Under the pieces are notes generated by a model. The model worked only from the letters and a program-made list of their open reading frames with translations. It did not search any database and was not told where the DNA came from. A DNA stretch of 52,919 nucleotides, filler included, from Perkinsus olseni (lineage: Eukaryota): assembly GCA_013115125.1 (NCBI GenBank). It is 3 parts of 3 records of this genome, joined end to end, with 100 filler letters (N's around TTAATTAATTAA, not from the genome) between each part and the next. Parts side by side here need not be neighbours in the genome. Positions count along the whole stretch, not along the records: positions 17,725 to 35,290 come from JABANN010000641.1; positions 35,391 to 52,919 come from JABANN010000642.1; 1 more part is not named here. One strand, 5' to 3'. The position numbers and the translations under genes were made by a program. The number at the start of each line of letters is the position of its first letter. The first letter of the stretch is position 1. This document shows positions 25,955-36,884 of this stretch, in pieces.

Positions 25955-28900
25955 TCATTCGAGTTCGTCACCATCGACGCCGACCGGCATATTCGTGCTT
26001 AGCGGCCGCTGTACGACGACGGGAATGTCCGTTGAAACCCTTGCGGTAATTGGGACCCTCACGGCGATAAACCACGTAATTTGATCCGAACAGATAGGGG
26101 TCGCTGTCTAACAAGAACACAACCGTCCCCAGCGGTACTCCTCCCTTTCATAGTACTGTAAGCCTCCACAATCATGTGCATTTGTTCGACGTACGAGTCG
26201 CCACGCTTCTTCTTCTGCAACATACTCGTCAGCTTCACAATCAACGGTGCGTGAGTACTAGATACGCTCGTCACCTGAGAGAAGTCGTCCTGGCCACCCC
26301 TAGTAGACAGACCATCCCCCATTACTTTAAATTTGATGAAGAGCTCTAAAAGCTGGAGAGCCGTGTCCAGGAGGCCGAACGTTATGGCGGTCGCCAGAAG
26401 CGTCTCCACGGTCTGCTGTGTTATCGTATCCACCCTGTTCTTCGGCGCAGGATTCCCTGTACAGATATTCACCTCCTGAGCCATTCCCGAGATCGGCCAG
26501 AGGACTCACGTGTGCTGGCCGTGCCCTTGGGAATCGTCGGCTGGGGCTGGTCAGGCTGCATATTGCGGAGGTGGCGACTCACCATACTACTACAAACTTC
26601 AAGAGTCATGTGACCATTACGGTGGCGTATCTAAAATTCCCTCTAAACCACCATCTTCACTCCACAGGACATGCTCTCACCGTCTGCTGTATAAGCTGCG
26701 TATACAGCCTTAGCTCCGGTATGACTCCGTAAACCGCCTCCATCTCAGTCTGACACGGCAACCGACCAATTCACCTCTTACCTCGCTACAGATGCCCAGA
26801 AACTTACGTCGAGTAGGCTGAGAGAACGTACGAAAATGTCATTGTACAATCGGTTACTGTGGGCGGGCCCGTCACGCTCAATCGAGTCCACTACGGTTGC
26901 GAGAAGGACTTTCATATAAATGCTGAACGTTGCGCTTGATGCCACAACCTGATAGAGAAGCAGTCACCCTCGTCTCCGGTCAGCCGAGTCCTCACATGAT
27001 TGTCCATCATGCCCAGTAGAATTTGATCGGCTAGTCCTTTCCGACTCGGTATGGGCGTCTTAATTTCCTTTGACGGAATGCAGCAACCATGCAGAAGATT
27101 GTTGTATATAATCTCATCCGGCTTGTACCCTTCGGCCTGAAAGACCGTTGCTGGTGCACACCATGCCGAGTCGCCTCCGACAGGTGCTACCAGGAGCTCG
27201 TCCAACAGCTTCAAACTCACGTCCACCTTCCCAGCGTCGCAATTGGACTTGATCAAAATTGAGAATGTGATCAAGTCTGGAACGACTTCTGCCTTGCGCA
27301 TCTCGGTGAACCTGTCATACCAAACTCCAACGACGTCATCGGAAGCAGCTGCACACCTACACGTCCATAGCAGCATCCACTTTGCCCTCTTTGGCATAAC
27401 CTTTGATGAGAGTGGTGTACATAACCTGATCGGGAGAGACAATCTCATCACATCGCAGGACCGAGACACATACCGTGTTCAAACCGAGATGGCGCTTATC
27501 CGGCGAGGCCTGGTCCTCCTTTTCACTTGACTGGGCCAACCTCATCTCCTGGAAGACCTTCTGGGCCCGGCCCATATCATTGGCGTTGATGCAGCAGTCC
27601 AGAAGTATACCATACGTCACCACCGTAGGCTGTATCTAAGAACCCATACCGTGTTGACGACCACGTAATGAGCAACACGTACCTCCTTCGCCTTGAGAAT
27701 GCTCATCAGCTTGTCGCACTTAGCTACATCTCCTTGCCGAGAGTACCCCTTCATGACAGTGTTGAAAGAGACCACGTCCGCCACACTGTGACCAACATCA
27801 TCTCCCGCCTTCATGAGTTCTCGAAGGATCGTCTCGGCCGTTTCCATCTGTCGAGCATTGACGCAGTTGCTAATCAGCGTGTTGCACCTAGCAGCTCGAC
27901 ATAGAACCCTTCACCGTCGCTCCCGAGGCCAGTGTTACGTAATGACGTCCGGGACCAAGTTCTTTGATCTAAGCACTTGAAGGAGCCTCAAAGCCTCGTC
28001 TATCTTGCCAATTGCGAAGTAGAACTTCATCATGTTAGCGAAATCCTAGGAATAGACGGGTGCTGGTCACGCTGGACGATCTCGCGTGTTACCTTAGCCG
28101 CTGGGGCCTCTCCACTGGCTACCACTCTACGGGAAAACTTCTCGCATTCCGAGTAGTCTCCCGATTCCACTAAATTGCACCAACTTGGAGCGGCGATTAC
28201 CCTCCTCTCGGCTACTACCAGAACAGAAGAGCAGACAGCTGTTGACCGTCTTGTCAGTCGACGGCTTCCGACCGAGTTCCTTCTCCAGAACGTCACGATG
28301 CAGCGATAGACACTCTCTGTAGTGGTGCTTGGAAGTCGCGATCTTGGTGATGATCATTACCAAATCATCGCTAATCTCGATTCCGAGCTGAATCAAGGGG
28401 AAATGGACGCGATGACAAGACGGCTATCGCGCGTACTTCGGTCATGTCCCTCAGACAACGCCTGACGTCGAAGCTCATCACTGGCGTCTTGGACCCGACT
28501 CTCACGGCTGCCAAGGCCAGGGCGTGATACATCTTAGCCACCGCCTCTCGGACTTCCTCCAAACTCTTTCCAGGTGGGGGCTGAGAGGGAACTCCTGGCA
28601 GCTGTCCTCGCGACCACGAGGCATTGACAATCTCCACCTCATCCACCAGCATTCACCTCTATGAGAAGACTTGACAAGCCTTTGCTATCCCTCAGTTTAA
28701 TATACGCCGACACGGCTGCCGTGTAGCGGCTCCCAGTGAGCTCTGTGATGGTTCCAACTTCATCGAAAGGCTGAGAGACGTCGGATCACGAAAAGACGAG
28801 CAACCTTGATGGCTCACCTTGATCGTCTTGTCATCAGCTTCTTCGGCCACTGGCGACAGCGGCGTTACTCGCACTACTCCCTTGACGACCTCAGAAGGAG

Positions 28901-29333
28901 GTGACTCAGTCGCATCGACCGTCGGCTGGATATGGATGGGTGCGGGCAGGGGAGAGGGCTTAGCACTAGACTGCTCCGACGGTGTGCTGAGTGGGGAGTT
29001 GCTAATAGGGCCTGCCAGAGACAACTCCTATGGAGGAGCGCTGCCGTACAAGTATATCCTACCTGAGGGAATGGACTGTGCTCTGAGGTATCGTGATGCC
29101 AGGAAGCTCGCCACGAAGACCAGAGCGAAAGTGAACTCCACTGACATGCTCTGCACGACGTCAACGATGACCATTCTGGCAGCGTCGATGAGAGGCAGCG
29201 GAGGGACCACCACGACGTTGGTATCCATATCAGCAGTATGGTGGCGGTCGTTGCTTGTCGCGGAGCCGGCAGAGGCGCCGAGGGCGACAGGGGCCAGGCT
29301 TGAGAGAATTACCATGAGAAGCATGGCGGGCAT
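25955..29333 (-). CDS. Pentatricopeptide repeat (PPR) protein with N-terminal signal-like and TM segments, multi-exon
   Basis: P-type repeats DVVSFNTVMKGYSRQGDVAKCDKLM, VVTYGILLDCCINANDMGRAQKVFQEM, VMYTTLIKGYAKEGKVDAAMDV, PDLITFSILIKSNCDAGKV, PDEIIYNNLLHGC; start MPAMLLMVILSSLAPVALGASA. Confidence 0.85.
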
Positions 29334-29944
29334 GCTTCGAGTGATGACCCGCGTCGAGAGTGAACGCGAGAAGAAGGCGGTGCGCATCATTAACAGAGAA
29401 CGATGTGGTAAGGGTATCAAAGGCTGTCGGACGAACATGATTAGAGAGCATGGACAAGCGTCGGAAAATCGTTGCGATGTTGCTGTGTGGTGTGCTCTTG
29501 TACCAACCACCAGTGGGAGTGCTAACAACGGCAGTCTCCCAGAGACAGAGAGTCCCGAAGGATTCAAAAAAGCGCTCACTGTGAATGGGGGCGTCGGTGC
29601 GAGGATGCTGATTGCACTCGAACCTGTCACTCGGTGCTCGGCGGTATCGCGACCGGTCACCTGAATAGTGCGACTGTGCACCAGATTACCATGATTTCAT
29701 AGGAGATTCTCCGCAGAAGCCAAACGAGATGGCAGGCTGCGGCTGATAGTGTTCAACGAGCAGGTCGAGGGCGTGGCCCGCGAGATACTACAGAGCAAAG
29801 TGCACGCCTGCCATCGGGAGAGGAGAAGTTGCGTTGGATGTAAAAAGCGCGCGCCCCGGCGCGCTCTGTGAACTTCCTTCGCAGACAGGCAACGAGAGAC
29901 GTTCTCGAGTGGAAATCACAGGGGAGTCTCAGGTTGATATTGAA

Positions 29945-32900
29945 ATGGCCAACTTTGAAGCAGATGCGAATCTAGAGATCGAGAGGCGCTTTTCGAGTGA
30001 CGTTGGGGTGAGTGCCGGGAGGACTTGGATGCCACCAGGATGAGTCAAGGGGAACTTGTCTCAGGGGTATCACGGACAGGCAAAGGCGAAACCCGCGGAG
30101 CAGGCCTTGAACGAGATACAGATCCAGCACAAGATCAGTCGCGAGCTGATATCTAGGGAGATATCCAGACGCAATGAGATGAAGAAGATGGGAATCGATC
30201 CGAAAGATGGTACTGATGTAGCGACCATCGTGCGGGTCGGTTCCTCATCACGAAGTCGATCTCGCGGCTATGTTCCTCGCCTCCGAGAAATTGGCGACTC
30301 CCCTGGTCAAAGGGGTCGTAGCCTCCCGTTTGATGGAGTCGCTTCTCAGAGGAAGCGAAGGGAGACCGCAAGAAGATGGATCGGGAGGAGGCGCGCAAGG
30401 AGGTGGAAATGGACGAGCATCTCGTGGAGGTCAACGTCCTGTACCAGAGATACGATTCTGAGCCCAACCGCGGTGAGTGGACATCACCCGCAACGCTCTC
30501 AACGAAAGTGCATGGCCACTCCGTCAGGCATAACCGAAGATTCCGTTGAACGTCGCCAAGCCGAGGACGGTCTGAACAAGCTCACCCCGCCCGCTAAGAC
30601 ACCGTGGTGGCTGCTCTTCCTCAAAGAGATGACCAATGCCTTCGCCCTCTTGCTCTGGACGGGCGCTCTTCTCTGTTTCATCGCGTAAGATGCTGTTTAC
30701 CGTCGATGATAGCTACTACGTGCTTCTTGGCCCAGTTACGCCCTGGACACCGACAGCGTCGAGAATGTGTACCTCGGTATCGTTCTTGCCATTGTTAACT
30801 TCCTCACGGGATGCTTCTCGTAGTGCCGCCTTACCCAACCCCTCCCTACAGCTTCCACCGTACCCCAGATACTACCAGAACGCTCGATCGAGTGCGGCCA
30901 TGGAGGCCCTCCAGAGCATGTCAGCCGACACCGCCACTGTACTCAGAGATGGACAGTTGAAGAAGGTCGGTTGGTGCGTTAACGAGGTTTTGCCATTCGC
31001 TCCTGCTACTTCAGATCGATTCCACCCAGCTGTGCCGTGGTGACATAGTGAAGATCACCGCTGGCGAGAAGGTGGCACTCGAGCGCCTCTGCTGTGACAG
31101 CGGTCTCGTCGTTAGGTGCCTGCGGATGTGCGCATTCTCAAGTCTGTGAACTTCAAGGTGGAGCAGTCCTCATTGACTGGGGAGCCTGATGAGATATCCA
31201 AGACCGTGGAAAACACCATCGAGCATCCTTTGGAGGCCCAGAATCTTGCCTTCTTCGGAACGCTGGCTGTCAACGGTGAGCCGGAAAGACAAAATCTGAG
31301 GAGGTCATGGGCCCACCATTCCAGGAGAAGCTGAAGCGATGGTGGTCAACATCGGAGACTTCACGGTGATTGGGAGAATTGCTACCCTTGTGACTCACAC
31401 TGAGGCCGAGGAGACGACCCTCACCAAAGAGATCAATCACTTCATCCACATCGTCTCCGGCATCGCCATCATTCTCGGCGTCAGCTTCTTCGTCGCAGGA
31501 ATGGTACGGCTGTCTCTGCTAGCATGTTGCTGGTCCATGGCGCGCTTGCAGATCATCCGCGATGGGAACTTCATGGAGAGGTTCGTCCCCAACTTGGTCT
31601 TCGCCATCGGCGTTATTGTCGCTAACGTCCCCGAGGGCCTCCTCACCACCGTTACCGTCAGTCTGACTCTTACGGCCATTCGGATGAGGAGCAAAAACGT
31701 AAAGACCGTGTTCGATCATGTCGTGGGCGGAAGATTGTTCCCTTAAAGGTTTTGGTGAAAAACCTAGAGACGGTGGAGACTCTCGGGTCATGCTCCTGCA
31801 TCTGTTCTGACAAGACTGGTACGCTCACCGAGAACCGTATGACGGGCAGCCATGTCTGGTGCTACGACAAAGTCCACGATATTGCCCCGAGGACCTTCGA
31901 CAAGTCCAAGATGGAATCCGCGTCGTTCAGGATGCTCCATCGCTGTGCTGCGGTGAGATGAGCTCCTCGTCGCTCTCCGGGACCACCGGGGCGTGGGTCA
32001 GGTCTGCAATGACGCTTCCTTCGAGACTTCACCAGAGAACATGGAGAAGCTGCTGTGGGAGCGCGCCTGTGTCAACGGCAATGCCAGCGATCACGGCATA
32101 TTCAAGTTCACCGTCCTGGCTGGGGAGAAGCTCGTGGAGGACCTCAGAGCCGACTACAGGATCTCCGGAGACGGCACTGAGCATCCAGGTGAACCCTCTA
32201 TCGGTACCCGCGGGGCCATGTGCGATGCGGCGTCTTTCAGGGCGAGTGCCGTTCAACTCGAAGTACAAGTTCGCTGCCAATCTGTGTATCAACCCAGAGA
32301 AACCCGGAATCATCGAAGTAAGGCCTCTTCATAAGTCTGTCTGTACGTTTAGTCTAATTGCCCTGTTAGTTCATGAAGGGCGCCCCTGAGCAAGTGTTCG
32401 CTCGCTGCTCTCACATTATCGAGGACGGGCGGAGGGTTGCTATCACCGATAAACACAAGACGGTCAGTTGCCGCACTCCTCTCGTCGCCCAGTATTTCTG
32501 CCAGGCTTTCTCTGAAGCGAATCTGCATCTTGCCAGCTTGGGCGAGCGCGTCCTTGGATTCGCTGAGCTGGAGCTTGATCCTGAGAAGTAAGTCTGTAAC
32601 AGGATTGCTGGTGGTCATGAGTACTTTACTAAAGGTACCACGAGAACTTCGTGTGGAACACTGAAGACTTCAACTTTCCTCTGGAGGGCCTCACGTTCCT
32701 TGGCATCATCTCCTTGGTGGACCCACCGAGAGCAGGTGTGCCGCAGGCCGTCGCCAAGTGTCACGGTGCTGGCATTCAAGTGAGGTCACCGGACTTTGGG
32801 AGCCTCTTCGACGGGTGATCGTCAGGTGATCATGGTCACAGGAGATCAGCCAGCCACGGCCAAGGCGATAGCGAAGCAGGTCGGCATTATCAAGTCCAAG

Positions 32901-34792
32901 ACTGCCGACGAGATCGCAGCCGACCGTGGCTGTGACATCAAGGACGTAGGCGGGTGGCAGGCTGCCGTGTTGCGACTGTCCGCCCGGCAAGGTGCCTCCT
33001 GATGACGTCAATGCTGTGGTCATTCACGGTGACCAGTTGAAGAGCATGTCCGATGATGACCTCAAGTTCGTTCTATCGCACTACAGGGTAAGCGAGGCGC
33101 GAAGCGACGTCCTAGGTCGCTGCAGTTGTGCGGCTCAGGACATCGTTTTTGCGAGGACGACGCCGACGCAGAAGCTCAGAATCGCCGAGACTCAGAAGGA
33201 ACTTGGCAAGGTACATCCCAGCAAAGGAAGAGCCGAGCTGATCGTGCTGCCTTCTCAGGTGACAGCCATGACGGGTGACGGGGTTAATGATGCCCCGGCC
33301 CTGAAGGCCGCTAATATTGGTGTCGCTATGGGGATCGCGGGAACTCAGGTTAGATGGGTAGAGGCTTCTGCTCACTCGAGCGTATATCGATCAGGTGGCC
33401 ATGCAAGCCGCTGACATGATTTTGGCCAACGATGACTTCTCGTCTATCGTCAACGCTATCGAGGAGGGCCGTCTGATCTTCGACAACCTGAAGAAGTCAA
33501 TCGCCTACACGCTCACGTCAAACATCCCCGAGATCACGCCCTTCCTGGCCTTCGTCATCCTGCAAATTCCATTGCCTCTTTCGACCGTGCTCATCCTCGC
33601 CATTGACTTGGGTACCGATATCTTGCCTGCCATCTCCTTCGCCTACGAGGCCCCGGAGCTCGACATCATGTGCAGGAAGCCGCGAGATCCACAGAGGGAC
33701 AGACTTGTCACGAACAAGCTCGTCATTTACTCTTACCTCATCATCGGCTACATGCAAGCAGCTGCCGGATTTTACACCTACTTCCAAGTCATGTACGATT
33801 ATGGCTTCAAGCCCTCAGGGTTGATCGGCCTTACCAATAAAGTCGTTTACGAGTTCGACCTGGACAACATGGCCCCCACGGTCTTCCCTGACGTTGACAA
33901 GAAGAAGATTGACTGGGATGATAACGATTCTAGCAAGTTGCACATTTGCGGTCGCGTAGGCCCTCGCAACGCTGATGATGCCTCGGTTGCGACCATCGAC
34001 TCGATGCCGGTCTTCGAGAAATGCAGCGGCCCAATCTTTACCTTTTACAACCTGCAGCAGTACTGCCACGAGAAGACGGCGACTCCGGCCGCTCAGATGC
34101 CTTCGGAGGCCCAGTTGGACGCCCTTCTTGGCGGGAAGTGGACCTACGACCAGAACGTGGGTGTCGTCTACGGTCGAGACAAGTTCAACAGGCCGGCCTG
34201 TGATGCCATGCCACAGGCTACCATCGCCTTGGATGGCCAGACTTATACCCTCTTCGTTCCCTATGGGGTTTGGAGCCAAGACGGTCAGGATAAGATTGAC
34301 GATGCGACCTTGAACACCGAGTGTCTGTACTGGACTCGCAGTCCCCTGATTGAGGCTGTCGGCGAGGACTCGACCAGCAACGACGGCGGAGTCCCTGTCT
34401 GCCAGAGTACCGAAGCCCTCAAGTACGCCCAGAGCGCCTTCTTCATCGCCATTGTGGTTGTGCAGTACGCCACTCTGTTCTTCTGCAAGTGCCGCACTCT
34501 GTCGCTGACCATGCAAGGTCTGGCGAATTGGTTCCAGAACTTCGCCGTTGTTGTGGAATCTTCCGTTGCGGCCCTGGTCGTATTCGCTCCCTTCATGTGG
34601 GTGGTGTTCAACACTCGTCCTCTCGAAGGCTGGCACATATGCGTACCGGCGATGCCGTTCGCTGTCTTCAACTACTGTTTTGATGAGCTCCGCAAGTACT
34701 TCTTAAGACAGGGGGTTCCCAATCTCAAGGCCATCACTGGTGCCTCGCAGACGCGGTTCGGAAAGTGGGTGTACAAGACGACCTACTACTGA
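29945..34792 (+). CDS. Na+/K+-ATPase alpha subunit (P-type IIC), multi-exon
   Basis: [93 protein letters not shown]-terminal KTTYY. Confidence 0.95.
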
Positions 34793-35290
34793 ATGCAGCA
34801 TACCTATGCGCCATGCTCATCTCTTTCAACGCATTCAGCTAACGTGGAATACGTTCAATCGTGTTTAGTTTTACTTCATGATTTTGCATGCCTCCTTATC
34901 TGTAAACGCATATGATGTTTAGCGCGCTTGTTTTTGTTGAGTTGTAGTTTGTTCTCGGAACTTCGCTTGGAGCCCAAGTTAGAGGCCAAGCCTTCCCCCC
35001 GTGCCTGGATACGGTTGAGCATATAATCGCTCTAAGGGAATCATATAGAGGGTGACGCTGAGTACGTGAGAAACATCTGTTCATGGAGACTGCTTCATAT
35101 CCTCGATACTTGGGAATGAGCATCGCAGCAGACTGCTGCCAGCAGCGCGACACAGACTGGGTCGTTGCTCGACCGGCTGTTCTCCTCTGGAGGCACTGGT
35201 TGTAGCACGGAGGAGATCGGAGCTACACGTGCGCCGCCGAGGGATTGGCTTAGGGCTTGAGTGAAAGCTTGTGAGTGCAATCTGTCATTC

Positions 35291-35390
35291 NNNNNNNNNN
35301 NNNNNNNNNNNNNNNNNNNNNNNNNNNNNNNNNNTTAATTAATTAANNNNNNNNNNNNNNNNNNNNNNNNNNNNNNNNNNNNNNNNNNNN
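35291..35390. other. Artificial contig spacer (N44-TTAATTAATTAA-N44)
   Basis: Identical to the spacer at 17625-17724. Confidence 0.97.
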
Positions 35391-35669
35391 GGTATAGATA
35401 TCCTCGACCCCCATATAGGCAACAGCAACCTTATCCGCCAAATAGACTTCTGAATGGTATAGACCGTAGCCGTACTGTCGCCCATCTCCATCATGCGCTA
35501 ATCCTGGGATCAACCACTATATCACTTATATGGTATCTTCTATTTTATGAACTCCTCGCTCAACCTCATCGATGGTATCTTCCATTATGGGCTACATCCA
35601 AGGGAATTCTCGCATATTCCATACACGATATCTTTTATTTCATGAAATCCCAGCTCAACCTCGCATATT

Positions 35670-36079
35670 ACTCCTGGCCCGCTAGAGTATGCTTCCAAAT
35701 CATCCATACTATCAACAACGTATCTTGCAACAAGTTTTAGGGGATCTTCAGCGTCCGTCAGGACCTGAATGGATCCGTCACGGCGCCTCAAAATCATCCA
35801 TCCTCAATTTTGTGGCGCACGGTAATATCTGACCTCAGCCGAAGAGAATCCTCCATTCTTCATAACCTCAGCCACGTGCCCTTGATTCACCAACCAGCCG
35901 AAGAATCTTTTGGTCGTTTCGTCATCCTTGCATTTCACATTGACCTCGTAGATAACCTGAAAGTATCTTTCATAAGACTTTTGTCCCGACCTCGAAAGAT
36001 TTCCGAGAATTTCCGAATTCATCATGGAAAATATTACCTGCGTTCCGGCGGGACAGCATCCGACTGACCGTTGAGACAT
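35670..36079 (-). CDS. Small DUF4286-like (dimeric alpha/beta barrel) protein; 3' end uncertain
   Basis: MSQRSVGCCPAGTQ|VIYEVNVKCKDDETTKRFFGWLVNQGHVAEVMKNGGFSSAE|VLTDAEDPLKLVARYVVDSMDDLEAY matches the IYxV..W...H..EV...GF.SA...Y...S.EDL..Y pattern recalled for DUF4286. Confidence 0.5.
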
Positions 36080-36884
36080 GACACCAAATCTTCCGCGTGC
36101 GAGGTGGAAGATACTCGGGCGAACGAGCATCACAACAACTATTACTTGAAAATTTCCTACCAAATTTTCCGTCTTAATACCTTGGATCAATGATGGTGGC
36201 CAGAGAGATACTCGATACTACCACCCTCATAGAGATTGATAATCCATAGTGAACGAACGAGAGTGAAATTACCGCTGCGCCACGAAAATACACTTTTGAC
36301 TCCTCGATCCTTGTTCTCTCGACTCATTTGATCTGAAGGCCGACTTTAAGAAGCTCAACCTGCTAATGATGATGGCACTGGGAATCTTACATACGCACGA
36401 AATTCAAGCATAAGTATAATTCTTACTTCGAAGACACATACTGTACGTATCTTCGAGATCAATACTGACCTGGCTCCTACTTGAAATTGATGACCTCTCA
36501 ACAAGATACCCAGTTTGTAACAACTTGTACCCCAGAGGAAAGCTTTTTGAAAAACAGTCCGCGTATCAATCGCTACAGAGAGCCCCAACCACTTTTTGCA
36601 ACTTGCTCGACTACGAAGGACCCCCAGAACCATGCATGAGCGCGGAATTTGAAAAATGGCCAGTTTCCCACTATATTGAACTGGGAAAACAGAAGCAGGA
36701 GAGTATTGAGAGTAACAGTAGTAACGGAGGCTGGTAGCGGAGTGCTTTAACTCGCCACAAAGATAACACGCCTTCACGCACCCTCACTGTTATTGTTGAT
36801 GATGCTCCGGAAAATAGTAGTAATTGTTGTTGTCTCTAAGAATAGTAATACATGTAAAATGTCGATTATCGTTGACACCACAAG

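Noticed and set aside
28819-29664. Long plus-strand ORF of 281 aa (likewise 1273-1839, 13669-14316, 33815-34636)
   Set aside because: Antisense shadows of real genes on the opposite strand.
35463-35475. Spliced-leader-like ACCGTAGCC
   Set aside because: Only the first 9 nt match the perkinsid/dinoflagellate leader; the TTGGCTCAAG end is absent.
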